Below, piece after piece: positions 1-10,437 of a stretch of DNA of 64,000 nucleotides. The DNA lies in contig CAWIFL010000013.1 of the NCBI GenBank assembly GCA_963835535.1, positions 3,046 to 67,045 on the forward strand, given 5' to 3'. How positions within the stretch are numbered: position 1 is the first letter of the stretch; each line of letters opens with the position of its first letter. The position numbers were made by a program, and so were the translations under genes. The DNA comes from an uncultured Gemmatimonadales bacterium (GTDB lineage: Bacteria; Gemmatimonadota; Gemmatimonadetes; Gemmatimonadales; JACORV01). The notes under the pieces were generated by a model. That model ran no database searches and was not told where the DNA came from. It saw only the letters and a list, made by a program, of their open reading frames with translations.

Positions 1-496
1 GCGCGCCGGTCACCACGATCCGGTCGCCCGGTTTGGCGCCCCGCCTCCGCACTTCGGCCGCGGCGCGCCCGATCACGCAACAGTCGATCACGATGCCCGG
101 TCCGCGCGAGAGATCCCCGCCGATGATCGTCGCCCCGCAGTCGGCCGCGGCGTCGGCGACCCCGTCGGCCAGCTGCGAGACGGTGTCGTCGCTCTCGCCC
201 GCCGGCACGGCCAGGCCGAGGAGCAGCGCCACCGGCTCGGCGGCGACCGCCGCCAGGTCGGAGAGCGCCGCGGCCGCGGCCCGGTAGCCGATCTCGGCGG
301 GCGCGAGCCACTCGCGCGTGAAGTGCACGCCTTCGACGGAGAGATCGAGGGATACGGCGAGCCGCTCGCCGCCGGCTTCGAGGAACGCGCAGTCGTCGCC
401 GAGGCCGCGGGCGCGCGCGCCCCACCGCGCGGCCATCGCGCGGATCCGGTCGAATTCCTTCCCCGGGCCGAGCGGGGTGTCGATCGGGCCGGTCAC
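1..496 (-). CDS. thiL: thiamine-monophosphate kinase ThiL, N-terminal ~165 codons (3' part lies beyond the window start)
   Basis: Not in the ORF track (no stop in window). Manual minus-strand translation from GTG at 496 gives VTGPIDTPLGPGKEFDRIRAMAARW..GDDCAFLEAGGERLAVSLDLSVEGVHFTREW..IGYRAAAAALSDLAAVAAEP..IIGGDLSRGP. This is the ThiL/AIR-synthase-like N-domain pattern. Confidence 0.8.
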   Translation of the reverse strand, partial: MTGPIDTPLGPGKEFDRIRAMAARWGARARGLGDDCAFLEAGGERLAVSLDLSVEGVHFTREWLAPAEIGYRAAAAALSDLAAVAAEPVALLLGLAVPAGESDDTVSQLADGVADAAADCGATIIGGDLSRGPGIVIDCCVIGRAAAEVRRRGAKPGDRIVVTGA

Positions 497-539
497 GGGG
501 ACACCCCGAGCCGCGCGAGACCTGCGGGCGATCCGCGCA

Positions 540-2093
540 CTAGTGGACGGCGGGCGGATCGAGGCGGGCGAGGAACGGCGGATCCACCTCGGCGGGCTTC
601 TCCTCCAGGTCGCGCCACAGCGGACTCAGGACGCCGAGGAGATCGTCGGGCCGCAGCGTGCGCACCGAGCGGTGCCGGGCGACGTCTTCGGCCGCACGGC
701 CGTGCACCCAGGCCGCCGCCGCGCCCGCGACCTGCGGCGGCGCGCCGCGCGCCAGCCAGCTTGCCGCCATCCCGGAGAGGACGTCGCCGGTGCCGCCGGT
801 CGCCAGGCCCGGATTGCCGGACGCGCTCACCAGCGCCCGCACGCCGGGGGCCGCGACCACCGTGGGCACGCCCTTGAGGAGCACGCCCGCCTGGATCGCA
901 TTGGCGGCCTCCGTCGCGGCGCCGAAGGGATCGCGGCGCGTCCGCTCCGCCAGCTCCGGGAAGAGCGCGGCGAACTCGCCGCGGTGCGGCGTCAGCAGCG
1001 CGCTGCGCCCGGCCAGCAGCCCCTTCAGCTCGGCGGCACAGCCGCGGAAGGCCATCAGGCCGTCCGCATCGAGCAGCACGGCGCCACGCGACGCGCCCAG
1101 CACGTTGCGGGCGAAGCGCTCGCGCGCGGCCCCGCGCCCGAGCCCCGGTCCCAGCACCACCGCGTCGGCCCACGCGAGCGCTTCGCGCAGCGCCGGCTCC
1201 AGCTCCTCGCCCAGCGCCGTGGTGACGGTCATCAGGTCGGGGTTGTTCGCCTGCGCCGCGCGCACCGAGGATTCGTGCGCCGCGATCTTGATGAGGCCGG
1301 CGCCGGAGCGCGCCGCCGACTTCGCCGCGAAGATCGCCGCGCCCGCCATCCCGTCGCCGCCGCCCACGACCAGCACGCGCCCGCGGTCCCCCTTGTGCAT
1401 CTCGGCCTGGAGCGGCGGAAGCACGTCGCGCAGCCACGCATCCGAGACGGCGGCGGGCCACGCCGGCTCGGGCGGCGGAAAGCCGATCTCCGCCACCAGC
1501 ACCACGCCGCAGAGGGTGCGCTGCATCAGGTGAGCGCGGCGGAAGCCGCCGAAGGTCACGGTGAGCGACGCGCGCACGCACGGCGAGAAGACCTCGCCGG
1601 TGGTGAGGTCCATGCCGGAGGGGCCGTCCACCGCGACGACCGGCGCCCCCAGGCGCATCAGCCGCTCGATGGGTCCCGCGGCCTCCGCGCGCGGCGCGCC
1701 CTTCGCGCCGGTGCCGAGCAGCGCGTCCACGACGACGCCGCAGCTGCCCCAGTCGTCGGCGGGGCCGACGACGCGCACGCCGGACGCCTCGGCGAGCAGG
1801 CGGGTCTCGCGGCAGTCGGCCGAGGGCTCGCCGGGTATGGCCACGGCGGTGACGCCGACGCCGAGCGCGGCGAGGGCGCGGGCCGCCACGAAGCCGTCGC
1901 CGCCGTTGTTCCCCGGGCCGCAGACCACCACCACTCCGGACGCGAGACGCGGCTTGTACTCGCGCGCGATGGCGGCGGCGACCGCGCGCCCCGCCGACTC
2001 CATCAGGACGCGGCTCGGGATCTTCGAGCGCTCGCGCGCCAGGCGGTCCCACTCCCCCGCCTCGGCCGCCGAGAGGACCGGGACCGTGATCAT
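540..2093 (-). CDS. nnr: bifunctional NAD(P)H-hydrate repair enzyme Nnr (epimerase + ADP-dependent dehydratase)
   Basis: C-terminal 517 aa of ORF 540..2570(-), from MITVPVLSAAEA. It has the YjeF_N motif (VVCGPGNNGGDG) and the carbohydrate-kinase-like C-domain (HKGDRGRVLVVGG, GNPGLATGGTGDVLSG). The ATG at 2093 overlaps the upstream stop (ATGA). Confidence 0.9.
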   Translation of the reverse strand: MITVPVLSAAEAGEWDRLARERSKIPSRVLMESAGRAVAAAIAREYKPRLASGVVVVCGPGNNGGDGFVAARALAALGVGVTAVAIPGEPSADCRETRLLAEASGVRVVGPADDWGSCGVVVDALLGTGAKGAPRAEAAGPIERLMRLGAPVVAVDGPSGMDLTTGEVFSPCVRASLTVTFGGFRRAHLMQRTLCGVVLVAEIGFPPPEPAWPAAVSDAWLRDVLPPLQAEMHKGDRGRVLVVGGGDGMAGAAIFAAKSAARSGAGLIKIAAHESSVRAAQANNPDLMTVTTALGEELEPALREALAWADAVVLGPGLGRGAARERFARNVLGASRGAVLLDADGLMAFRGCAAELKGLLAGRSALLTPHRGEFAALFPELAERTRRDPFGAATEAANAIQAGVLLKGVPTVVAAPGVRALVSASGNPGLATGGTGDVLSGMAASWLARGAPPQVAGAAAAWVHGRAAEDVARHRSVRTLRPDDLLGVLSPLWRDLEEKPAEVDPPFLARLDPPAVH

Positions 2094-2920
2094 CGCGCGA
2101 TCACGCCGGCGTAGCTCACCACGGCGTCGTCGTCCCCGGTCACCATCCCGGAGTGCGAGTAGTGCACCACCTCCGCCGCCGCGGCCCCGAGCAGGTGCGC
2201 CGCGTGCAGCACGGCGGCGGCGGGCACGCGCCCGCACATCGTGACCTCGTGCCGGCGCGTCACCTCGAGCAGCTTCTCGCCGTCGAGCCGTTCGACCTCG
2301 GCCAGAGCCAGGGCATCCTTCTTCGCGGCGACGGCCGCCGACTCGTAGTGGTTCATGTCGGAGCTGGCGAGGAGCAGCGTCGGCCCCTCGGAGGTGCGGA
2401 CGAGCTCGGCGAGCGCCTCGCCGAGCTTCCGCGTGCGGGGCCAGTCGGACCAGGCGATCACCAGCGGGACGATCCGGAGATCGGGGCGCCGGGCCAGCAG
2501 GAACGGCAGCTGGACCTCGACCGCGTGCTCCCGCGCGTGGGCGGCGGGATCGTCCTCCAGAAGGTCGCACCGCGCGAGCAGCGCCTCGGCCGCGGCCTCG
2601 TCCACGGGCACCTCGCCGGCGGGCGTCACGAAACTGCCGAGCGCGCAGACACTCCCGCCCTGCGCGGCTTCACACACCCCCGTGTGGTTCGGAGCGACGA
2701 CGACACAGCGCCGCGGCACGTCGAGGCGCGCGAACACCTCGGCGGCGGTGCGCCCGGAGTAGACGTAGCCGGCGTGGGGCGCGATCGCGGCGACGGCGGG
2801 TCCCGGTTCCGCGGCCGCGGCGTCGAGCAGGCTTCGGACCGCGCCGGTCAGCTGGGCGCGCTGGCCGGGATAGAAGAGGCCGGCGACGGCGCTCTGGCGC
2901 ACGCGCAGCGTCGAGTTCAC
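2090..2920 (-). CDS. amrB: AmmeMemoRadiSam system protein B (MEMO1 family)
   Basis: ORF 2090..2920(-), 276 aa. RQSAVAGLFYPG, APHAGYVYSG, HAVEVQLPFL and SSDMNHY are the Memo-like motifs. Confidence 0.85.
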   Translation of the reverse strand: MNSTLRVRQSAVAGLFYPGQRAQLTGAVRSLLDAAAAEPGPAVAAIAPHAGYVYSGRTAAEVFARLDVPRRCVVVAPNHTGVCEAAQGGSVCALGSFVTPAGEVPVDEAAAEALLARCDLLEDDPAAHAREHAVEVQLPFLLARRPDLRIVPLVIAWSDWPRTRKLGEALAELVRTSEGPTLLLASSDMNHYESAAVAAKKDALALAEVERLDGEKLLEVTRRHEVTMCGRVPAAAVLHAAHLLGAAAAEVVHYSHSGMVTGDDDAVVSYAGVIAR

Positions 2921-2954
2921 CCGGGCGAGCGACTCCGTCGCGCGCCCATGCTGC

Positions 2955-3308
2955 TCATGCCTCCGCCCTGCCCCAGGGATACTCCGCTTCGAAGACCGCG
3001 TCGAACGCGTACACGCCCTCGAAGTCCTCCAGCTTGTCGTCCGGCTGGCGGACGAGCAGGCCCGCGTCGATGAGCGCGTACACGATCTCGCCGAAATCGC
3101 CGGTGGAGCAGATGCCCCAGTGCGCGAGCACGGTGCGGGCGAGGAGGCCGTACTGCTCGAGCGCCAGCTCCCGGCAGGCGTGCGACAGCTCCTCGCCGGT
3201 GACGTGGCGGCGCTCGGGGAGGCGCTGCTGGATGTGCTCCAGCGCCGCGAGCACGAAGAGGAAGGCGCGCGGATGGAACCGGCCCGCCCTGGGCGCGATG
3301 CGCGCCAT
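2955..3308 (-). CDS. small conserved protein, TIGR04138 (Minf_1886)-like, function unknown
   Basis: Tail of ORF 2955..4838(-): MARIAPRAGRFHPRAFLFVLAALEHIQQRLPERRHVTGEELSHACRELALEQYGLLARTVLAHWGICSTGDFGEIVYALIDAGLL..DFEGVYAF. ATG at 3308. An alternative TTG at 3338 would overlap the lon stop (TTGA). Confidence 0.6.
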   Translation of the reverse strand: MARIAPRAGRFHPRAFLFVLAALEHIQQRLPERRHVTGEELSHACRELALEQYGLLARTVLAHWGICSTGDFGEIVYALIDAGLLVRQPDDKLEDFEGVYAFDAVFEAEYPWGRAEA

Positions 3309-3334
3309 CAGCTCGTCGGCGAACTCGAGCTGGC

Positions 3335-5806
3335 TCAACGGGCGCCCGTCTCCAGGGGCCGCGCGGCCACGCGCTCCGGCCGGCCGCGGCGCGGCTGGGC
3401 CGCGACCGCCTCGGTCACCGTCGCCGGGAGCAGCGCCGCCTCCAGCACCTCGTCCACGGTCTCCACCAGCCGGATCTCCAACGCTTTCCGAACCTCCTCC
3501 GGGAGCTCCGCTACGTCGGCCGCGTTCCGCGCCGGCACCAGGACCAGCCGGATGCCGGCGCGCTCGGCCGCTATCAACTTCTCTTTGATGCCCCCCACCG
3601 GCAAGACATGGCCGCGCAGGGTGAGCTCCCCGGTCAGCGCCAGGTCGTGCCGCACCGGCCGGCCGGAGAAGAGCGAGGCGAGGGCCGTGGCGATCGCCAC
3701 GCCCGCCGACGGGCCGTCCTTGGGCACCGCGCCGGCCGGCACGTGGAGGTGCACGTCCACCTCCTTGAAGGCCGACGGGGGCACCCCGAGACCGGGCGCC
3801 TTGGCGCGGATCAGGCTCCACGCCGCCTCGGCGGATTCCTTCATCACGCCGCCGAGCTGGCCGGTGATGGTGAGGGTGCCCGTGCCGGCCATCTTCAGCG
3901 CCTCGATGAACAGGATGTCCCCGCCCGTGGGCGTCCACGCGAGCCCGGTGGAGATCCCCACCTCCGGCTCGCGGCCCGCGACCTCCGGAAGCACCTTCGG
4001 CGCTCCGAGCCGCTTGTGGACCGTGCGCGGCGTGACGTGCGCCCGCGCGGTCTTCCCGCTCACCACGTCCACCACGATCTGGCGCAGCACGTGCTGGATC
4101 TCGCGCTCGAGCTGCCGCACCCCGGCCTCGCGCGTGTACTCCGCGATGATGGACTGCAGCGCCGCCGCGCCCACGACCACGTGCCGCCCCTCGAGCCCCG
4201 TCTCCTTCAGCTGGCGGGGCACCAGATAGCGGCGCGCGATCTCCAGCTTCTCGCGCGGCGTGTACCCCGGCAGCTCCAGCACCTCCATCCGGTCGATCAG
4301 CGGCGGCGGCACGGTCGCCAGCGTGTTGGCGGTCGCGATGAACATCACGTCCCTGAGGCTGAACGGCACCTCGACGTAGTGGTCCACGAAGGTGTGGTTC
4401 TGCGCGGGGTCCAGGACCTCGAGCAGGGCCGACGTCGGGTCGCCCCGGAAATCGGCCCCGAGCTTGTCCACCTCGTCGAGCATGAAGACCGGGTTCCGCG
4501 TCGCCGCCCGCTGCAGCAGCTGGATGATGCGGCCGGGCAGCGCGCCGACGTAGGTGCGGCGATGCCCGCGGATCTCGGCCTCGTCGCGCATCCCGCCCAG
4601 CGCCATCCGCACGAACGAGCGCCCGAGCGCCTCGGCGATGCTCTGCCCCACGCTCGTCTTGCCCGTGCCCGGCGGCCCCACGAAGCAGAGGATGCTCCCG
4701 TGCGCCTCGGGGTTCAGGAACCGCACCGCGAGGTACTCGATGATGCGGTCCTTCACCTTCTCGAGGTCGAAGTGGTCCCTGTCCAGGATCTCGCGCGCGT
4801 GCTGGATGTCGAGCCGGTCCTCCGTCAGCACGCTCCACGGCAGCCCCGCCAGCACCTCGACGTAGGTGTGCGCCACCTGGTACTCGGCCGACTGCGGCGA
4901 CATCCGCCCCAGCCGCTCCAGCTCGCGCCGCCCCGCCTTGAGCGCTTCCTCCGAGGGCTTCGCCGCCTCGAGCTTCTTGAGCAGCTCGCCGGCCTCCCCC
5001 TCGGGCCCGCCGTCGCCCAGCTCCTCCTGGATGATCTTCAGCTGCTCGCGCAGCACGTACTCCCGCTGGTGCTCGTCGAGGCGCGTCTTGACCTTCTCGG
5101 AGATCTGCGAGCCGACCTCCAGGACCCGCAGCTCCTGGCCGATCAGCGCGGAGAGGCGCTCGAGCCGCGCCGCGACATCCCCGGTGCCGAGCAGCTCGGC
5201 CTTCGCCTCCACCGCCAGGTCGATGTTCGCCGCGACGAAGTCCGCCAGCTTGCCCGGATCGGTGATCCCGTCGAGCACCTCCCGCAGCTCCCCGGACAGG
5301 TTCGGCGTCATTTCGATGACCTTCTCCATCTCCGCGGTCACCGAACGCCGCAGCGCCTCGGTGCGGAGCGGGTCCGCCACCGTGCTCGCGATGCCCTCGA
5401 AGCGCGCGCTCAGTCCGTCCTCGCCGCTCGCCTGCACGTCCAGCAGCCGCACCCGGTCCATCCCCTGCACCAGCATCCGGAGCGTGCCGTCCCCCAGCCG
5501 GAGCAGCCGCACCACGGTGCTCAGGGTGGCCGCGTCGTAGAGCGCGTCGGGGGCGGCGGTGTCGAGCACGCCCTGCGGCAGCTCCTCGCCCTGCGTCCGG
5601 ACCACGCCGAGCAGCAGGTGCTTGTGCGTCTCCACGATCCGGTTCACCGCCGCGACCAGCTGCGGCGTGGTGACGGAGACGGGCACGACGACGTGCGGGA
5701 AGACGACCAGCTGCGACAGCGCCAGCACGGGGAGGCGCTCGGGAAGGCCCGGGTCCGTCGCGGGGGCGCCGGGGGGTGCGGCGGCGCTCACGGGCGGCCC
5801 GCTCAC
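3335..5806 (-). CDS. lon: ATP-dependent endopeptidase Lon (LonA type)
   Basis: ORF 3335..6127(-). LON N-domain (LPVLALSQLVVFPH), Walker A (GPPGTGKTS) and protease domain with PKDGPSAG are present. The true start is probably GTG 5806 (GTGA overlap with the hsp20 stop) or GTG 5791. The 107 upstream codons of the track ORF overlap hsp20 and are Arg-rich junk. Confidence 0.95.
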   Translation of the reverse strand: MSGPPVSAAAPPGAPATDPGLPERLPVLALSQLVVFPHVVVPVSVTTPQLVAAVNRIVETHKHLLLGVVRTQGEELPQGVLDTAAPDALYDAATLSTVVRLLRLGDGTLRMLVQGMDRVRLLDVQASGEDGLSARFEGIASTVADPLRTEALRRSVTAEMEKVIEMTPNLSGELREVLDGITDPGKLADFVAANIDLAVEAKAELLGTGDVAARLERLSALIGQELRVLEVGSQISEKVKTRLDEHQREYVLREQLKIIQEELGDGGPEGEAGELLKKLEAAKPSEEALKAGRRELERLGRMSPQSAEYQVAHTYVEVLAGLPWSVLTEDRLDIQHAREILDRDHFDLEKVKDRIIEYLAVRFLNPEAHGSILCFVGPPGTGKTSVGQSIAEALGRSFVRMALGGMRDEAEIRGHRRTYVGALPGRIIQLLQRAATRNPVFMLDEVDKLGADFRGDPTSALLEVLDPAQNHTFVDHYVEVPFSLRDVMFIATANTLATVPPPLIDRMEVLELPGYTPREKLEIARRYLVPRQLKETGLEGRHVVVGAAALQSIIAEYTREAGVRQLEREIQHVLRQIVVDVVSGKTARAHVTPRTVHKRLGAPKVLPEVAGREPEVGISTGLAWTPTGGDILFIEALKMAGTGTLTITGQLGGVMKESAEAAWSLIRAKAPGLGVPPSAFKEVDVHLHVPAGAVPKDGPSAGVAIATALASLFSGRPVRHDLALTGELTLRGHVLPVGGIKEKLIAAERAGIRLVLVPARNAADVAELPEEVRKALEIRLVETVDEVLEAALLPATVTEAVAAQPRRGRPERVAARPLETGAR

Positions 5807-6261
5807 TTCCGCACCACGCCGACGGCGCGCGCCGGCGCCACCGGCAGCTTGGCGAGGCGGATCTCGAGGAACCCGAGGTCGTACGTGGCCTTGAGGGACG
5901 CCGCGTCCACCGGCTTGGGGAGCCGGAAGGTCCGCTCGAACGGGCCGACCTTCACTTCCATCGCGTGGTAGTCCCGGCGCCCGCTCGCCCGCTCCTTGCG
6001 CTCGCCGCTGACCGTGAGCATCCCGGCGTCGAGCGAGACGCTGAACTCGCCGGGCTCCACGCCCGCGATGTCCATCACGAAGACGAAGCTGTCGTCGGTC
6101 TCGTAGACGTCGGTCGCCGGACGCCACTTCGGGGTGGAGACGAAGCCGACCGGAGAGCCGCGGACGTAGTCGTTGAAATAGACTTCCAGCTCGTCCGCGA
6201 TGTGCGGCGTGGTCGGCCCCGAGGGCCGAGGAGCGTTGGGTCGGCGCGGCCCTTCAGCCAT
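5803..6261 (-). CDS. Hsp20/alpha-crystallin family small heat-shock protein
   Basis: ORF 5803..6261(-), 152 aa. It has an ACD-like core (WRPATDVYETDDSFVFVMDIAGV..LTVSGER..FERTFRLP..A.Y..G.L.I.L.K). It lies directly upstream of lon. Confidence 0.9.
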   Translation of the reverse strand: MAEGPRRPNAPRPSGPTTPHIADELEVYFNDYVRGSPVGFVSTPKWRPATDVYETDDSFVFVMDIAGVEPGEFSVSLDAGMLTVSGERKERASGRRDYHAMEVKVGPFERTFRLPKPVDAASLKATYDLGFLEIRLAKLPVAPARAVGVVRK

Positions 6262-6317
6262 ACGGCGAACCTACGCCCCGCCGCCTTGGCGGCGCAAGCG
6301 CAGAACGGGCGGTCGCT

Positions 6318-6845
6318 CTACGGGTGGCCGGTGACCCAGCCGCTCGCCGCCGATTCGACCGTGGCCTCCGGGCCGAGGTCCTTGCCGTCGGGCCGGCGCA
6401 GGGCTTGCACCAGGGCGAGCAGAACGACCGCGGGCTTCCGCGCCAGCGGGTAGTCGTGCGCCATCTGGCGCAGGGCGCCGCCGGCAATCGTGTAGACCGG
6501 ATTGCCGTCCCGGCTCAGCTCGACCGCGCCCGGGATGCCCCACGAGGCGTCACTGAGCCCCTTGGCCACCATCAGGAGGGCCCGGAACACGTCGGTGGTG
6601 TCGGCGACCTGCACCCGGCCGAGGTCGAGGGCCAGCGTGGTGGGATCCACGTAGTAGCGGAGGTGGCCGGTGAGGCCGATGCCGGCCGAGCGCCCGTCCG
6701 CCGCCAGCGCGGCCGCGATCGGGCGGCTGATCATGAAGTAGTTCAGCCCCCAGACCAGCGCCACCAGCACGACGACGATCACGATCCAGCGGCGCCGGCG
6801 CTTCTTCTGGTGCTGCACGCGCATCGCCATCACGCTCTGGCGCAC
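6318..6845 (-). CDS. hypothetical membrane-anchored protein
   Basis: ORF 6318..6845(-). A basic stretch (QKKRRRRW) is followed by one TM helix (IVIVVVLVALVWGLNYFMI) and a non-repetitive soluble domain. GC3 is coding-like. The start is uncertain (GTG 6845, or ATG 6830/6824). Confidence 0.6.
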   Translation of the reverse strand: MRQSVMAMRVQHQKKRRRRWIVIVVVLVALVWGLNYFMISRPIAAALAADGRSAGIGLTGHLRYYVDPTTLALDLGRVQVADTTDVFRALLMVAKGLSDASWGIPGAVELSRDGNPVYTIAGGALRQMAHDYPLARKPAVVLLALVQALRRPDGKDLGPEATVESAASGWVTGHP

Positions 6846-6915
6846 GACCTGCGCCGAGGAACGCGGAACCCGGGGATCGCTCGTGGGGACCTCCCTTGCC
6901 GCCCGGCTGCCCGGG

Positions 6916-8202
6916 CTAGGCCCTGTGGGCCGCCGCCTCGCGCAGCGGCTGTCCGTAAAGTGGGAACTGCGACGCCAGGTCCAGCACCTCGAGACGGATC
7001 CGCTCCAGCTTCTGGAGATCGTCGCGCTCGCCGACCGCCCGGTCGATCAGCTCGGCGATGGCGTGCATCTCCGCCTCCCCCATGCCGCGCGTGGTGAGCG
7101 CCGGCGTGCCGATCCGCACGCCGCTGGTGACGAACGGCGACGCCGTGTCGCCGGGCACCGTGTTCTTGTTGACCGTGATCCCGGCGTGCCCGAGCGTCTC
7201 CTCCACCAGCTTGCCGGTGAGCTGCCGGGCGCGCAGGTCCACGAGCAGCAGGTGCGTGTCGGTCCCGCCCGAGACCAGCGCGTAGCCGCGCTCCGCCAGC
7301 GCCTCTCCCAGCGCCTTGGCGTTCGCAATCACCTGCCGCGCGTAGACGCGGAACGAGGGCTGGAGCGCCTCGCCGAGCGCGACCGCCTTGGCCGCGATGA
7401 CGTGCATCAGCGGACCGCCCTGGTTGGCCGGGAACACCTGCTTGTCCACCGCCTTGGCGTACGCCTCCGAGGCGAGGATCATCCCGCCCCGCGGACCGCG
7501 GAGGGTCTTGTGCGTCGTCGTGGTGACGATGTCGGCCAGAGGCACCGGCGAAGGGTGCGCGCCGCCCGCCACCAGGCCCGCGAAATGCGCCATGTCCACG
7601 ATCAGGACCGCGCCCACCTCCTTCGCGATGGCCGCGAAGGCGGCGAAGTCGATGATCCGGGGATACGCGCTGCCCCCCGCCACGATGATCCTCGGCTTCT
7701 CCGCGCGCGCCAGGTCGCGCACCTGGTCGAAGTCGATCAGGCCGTCGGCCTCCCGCACGCCGTACTGCACGGCGTGGAACAGCCGCCCCGAGGCGCTCAC
7801 CGAGGCCCCGTGCGTGAGGTGGCCGCCGTGGCGCAGCGAGAGTCCCATCAGCGTGTCGCCGGGGTTGGCGACCGCGAGATAGGCCTCGAGGTTCGCCTGC
7901 GTGCCGCTGTGCGGCTGCACGTTGGCGTGCGCCGCGCCGAAGAGCTGCTTGGCCCGCGCGATCGCGAGCGCCTCCACCTCGTCCACCACCTCGCAGCCGC
8001 CGTAGTACCGCTTCCCGGGGTAGCCCTCGGCGTACTTGTTGGTGAGCGGCGAACCCATCGCCGCGAGCACGGCCAGCGAGGCGAAGTTCTCGGAGGCGAT
8101 GAGCTCGAGCCCCGACGCCTGCCGCGCCGTCTCGCGCATCAGGATGTCGGCCACCACCGGATCGGCGGCGGCGAGCTCGGGACAGACGTTCCACGTATCC
8201 AT
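6916..8202 (-). CDS. glyA: serine hydroxymethyltransferase
   Basis: ORF 6916..8370(-) from [15 protein letters not shown]. Motifs: [38 protein letters not shown] (PLP lysine). ATG at 8202, 2 nt after the upstream gene stop. Confidence 0.95.
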   Translation of the reverse strand: MDTWNVCPELAAADPVVADILMRETARQASGLELIASENFASLAVLAAMGSPLTNKYAEGYPGKRYYGGCEVVDEVEALAIARAKQLFGAAHANVQPHSGTQANLEAYLAVANPGDTLMGLSLRHGGHLTHGASVSASGRLFHAVQYGVREADGLIDFDQVRDLARAEKPRIIVAGGSAYPRIIDFAAFAAIAKEVGAVLIVDMAHFAGLVAGGAHPSPVPLADIVTTTTHKTLRGPRGGMILASEAYAKAVDKQVFPANQGGPLMHVIAAKAVALGEALQPSFRVYARQVIANAKALGEALAERGYALVSGGTDTHLLLVDLRARQLTGKLVEETLGHAGITVNKNTVPGDTASPFVTSGVRIGTPALTTRGMGEAEMHAIAELIDRAVGERDDLQKLERIRLEVLDLASQFPLYGQPLREAAAHRA

Positions 8203-8204
8203 GG

Positions 8205-9260
8205 TCACACCCAGGTCCGCTTCAGTTTGGCGACGGTCTCGATGCGCCGCTCGGCCAAGCGGTCGGCCGCGCGGTACGTGGGCAGGCCCTCTTCCTTCGC
8301 CAGCGCGAAGAGCCGGAGCAGCGTGTCGTAGATCTCTCCCGCCTTCCGCTGGGCCCGCTCCGCCGTCCACCCTTCCAGCTCACTGTTCACGTTGATGAGG
8401 CCGCCGGCGTTGATCACGTAGTCCGGCGCGTACAGGATGCCCTTCTCCTCCAGCATGTCGCCGTGCCGCTCCTCGGCGAGCTGGTTGTTGGCGCCTCCCG
8501 CCACGATCCTGACCTTCAGCTGCTTGAGGGTCGTGTCGTTGATCACGGCGCCGAGCGCGCAGGGCGCGAACACCTCGGCCTGTACCCCGTAGATCTCGTC
8601 GAGGCCCACCGCGCGGGCGCGGAAGTCCTCCACCACGCGCTTCACCTTCTCCGTGTCGATGTCGGTGACCACCAGCCGCGCCCCCTCCTCGTACAGGAAG
8701 CGGCACAGGTTGTACCCCACGTGCCCGCACCCCTGCACCGCCACGACCTTCCCGGCCAGGGTGTCGCTGCCGAACGCCGTCTTGGCGGCCGCCTTCATGC
8801 CGCAGTAGACGCCGTACGACGTGACCGGCGACGGGTCGCCCGACCGTCCCTGGAGGCCGACGACGTGGTCGGTCTCGAGGTGAATGTAGTCCATGTCGGC
8901 GGGGCTGGTGCCCACGTCCTCGGCGGTGATATAGCGGCCCTTCAGCGATTCCACGAACCGTCCGTGGGCGCGGAAGACGGCCTCGCGGTCGTGCGTGCCG
9001 TGGTCGGCGAGCACCACCGACTTCCCGCCGCCCAGCGAGAGGCCGGCGACGGCGGCCTTGTACGTCATGCCGCGCGAGAGACGCAGCGCGTCGATGATCG
9101 CGTCCTGCTCGTTCTTGTAGTGCCAGTACCGCGTGCCGCCGAGCGCGGGGCCGAGGGTGGTGTTGTGGATGGCGATGAGCCCCAGGTACCCGGACGACGG
9201 CTCGTGGCAGAAGATCAGCTGCTCGTGGTCGTGGGCGGCCAGCAGTTCGAAAATCTCCAT
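8205..9260 (-). CDS. Glu/Leu/Phe/Val dehydrogenase family, leucine-dehydrogenase-like
   Basis: ORF 8205..9260(-), 351 aa. Motifs: [20 protein letters not shown] (catalytic Lys box), Rossmann [18 protein letters not shown]. Confidence 0.85.
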   Translation of the reverse strand: MEIFELLAAHDHEQLIFCHEPSSGYLGLIAIHNTTLGPALGGTRYWHYKNEQDAIIDALRLSRGMTYKAAVAGLSLGGGKSVVLADHGTHDREAVFRAHGRFVESLKGRYITAEDVGTSPADMDYIHLETDHVVGLQGRSGDPSPVTSYGVYCGMKAAAKTAFGSDTLAGKVVAVQGCGHVGYNLCRFLYEEGARLVVTDIDTEKVKRVVEDFRARAVGLDEIYGVQAEVFAPCALGAVINDTTLKQLKVRIVAGGANNQLAEERHGDMLEEKGILYAPDYVINAGGLINVNSELEGWTAERAQRKAGEIYDTLLRLFALAKEEGLPTYRAADRLAERRIETVAKLKRTWV

Positions 9261-9282
9261 CGACGTGCCCCTCGAAGACGCG

Positions 9283-10437
9283 CTAGTGGGAGTTCAGCAG
9301 CTCGCGCCCGATCACCAGCCGCTGGATCTCGGACGTGCCCTCGTAGATCTCGGTCGCCTTGGCGTCGCGCATCAGCCGCTCGACGGGGTAGTCGCGCATG
9401 AAGCCGTAGCCCCCGAACACCTGCACCGCCTGCGAGGCGATCCACATCGCCGCCTCGGAGCAGCACAGCTTGGCCATCGCCGCCCAGCGCGTCGCCCGCT
9501 CGCCGGCGTCCTTGCGGCGCGCCGCCTCGTGCAGCAGGGCGCGGGCGGCGGAGAGCCGTGTGGCCATGTCGGCCAGCTTGAACTGGATCGCCTCGAAGTC
9601 CTTGATCTGCCGGCCGAACTGGCGGCGCTCCGCGGCGTAGCGGGTGGCGTGCTCCAGCGCGGCGCGGGCGATCCCGCACGCCTGGGCCGCGATCCCCATC
9701 CGCCCGTTGTCGAGCGCCTCGAGCGCGTAGATGAAGCCGCTCGACGCGTCGCCGAGGAGGTGGGCGTCGCCGAGCCGCAGCTCCTCGAAGAACAGCGCCG
9801 ACGTGTTCGACGCGCGGAGCCCCATCTTGTCCTCGGGCTTGCCCGCCGCCAGCCCCGGCGAGCCGGCCGGGATCACGAAGCACCCGATCCCGCGCGCCCC
9901 CCGCGGCGCGCCCTCGGGATCCGTGCGCACCATCGCGAGGATGACGTCCGCCGTCCCGCCGTTGCTGACCCACGCCTTGGCGCCGTTCAGCACCCAGCCG
10001 TCGCCGCTCCGCACCGCCCGCGCCCGCAGCCCCGCCGCGTCCGAGCCCGCGTCGGCCTCCGAGAGAGCGAAGGCCCCGAGCAGCTCGCCCCGCGCCATCG
10101 GCTTGAGCCAGCGCTCCTTCTGCGCCGCACTGCCGTGCCGGAGCAGCATCTGCGTGGGGAGCGAGTTGTGCACGGCCACGGACACGGCGATGGACGCGTC
10201 GGCCGCCGCGATCTCCTCGACCGCCAGCAGGTAGGTCTCCGTGTCGAGCCCCAGCCCGTCGTACTCCTCCGGCACGAGCATCCCGAGGAAGCCCAGCGCG
10301 CCGAGCCGGTCGATGGTCGCGCGGTCGAAGTGCTTCTCCGCGTCCCACCGCGCGGCGTGCGGCGCGATGTGCTCCCGCGCGAAGTCGCGCGCGAGCTGGA
10401 TGACCTGCTGCCGTTCCTCGCCGAGCACGGCCGTCAC
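9283..10437 (-). CDS. acyl-CoA dehydrogenase (short/branched-chain type)
   Basis: Tail of ORF 9283..10986(-) from [20 protein letters not shown]. Motifs: [35 protein letters not shown] 10437 overlaps the hbd stop (GTGA). Confidence 0.9.
   Translation of the reverse strand: MTAVLGEERQQVIQLARDFAREHIAPHAARWDAEKHFDRATIDRLGALGFLGMLVPEEYDGLGLDTETYLLAVEEIAAADASIAVSVAVHNSLPTQMLLRHGSAAQKERWLKPMARGELLGAFALSEADAGSDAAGLRARAVRSGDGWVLNGAKAWVSNGGTADVILAMVRTDPEGAPRGARGIGCFVIPAGSPGLAAGKPEDKMGLRASNTSALFFEELRLGDAHLLGDASSGFIYALEALDNGRMGIAAQACGIARAALEHATRYAAERRQFGRQIKDFEAIQFKLADMATRLSAARALLHEAARRKDAGERATRWAAMAKLCCSEAAMWIASQAVQVFGGYGFMRDYPVERLMRDAKATEIYEGTSEIQRLVIGRELLNSH

Noticed and set aside
3335-6127. 5' extensions of track ORFs. 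Examples: lon to 6127, thrS to 15737, nnr to 2570, acyl-CoA DH to 10986, thiolase to 14505, purH from 25032, selA from 18155.
   Set aside because: The extensions overlap the upstream gene, are Arg/Pro-rich, and end exactly where a GTGA/ATGA junction or an SD-preceded start coincides with the onset of family homology.
6262-6317. RNA thermometer (ROSE-like) or sigma32 promoter upstream of hsp20.
   Set aside because: Only a short GC hairpin (CGCCGC-caag-GCGGCG) is present. It does not pair with the SD or start region in a ROSE-like way. There is no match to the CTTGAA..CCCCAT heat-shock promoter pattern. It more likely just separates hsp20 from the upstream gene.
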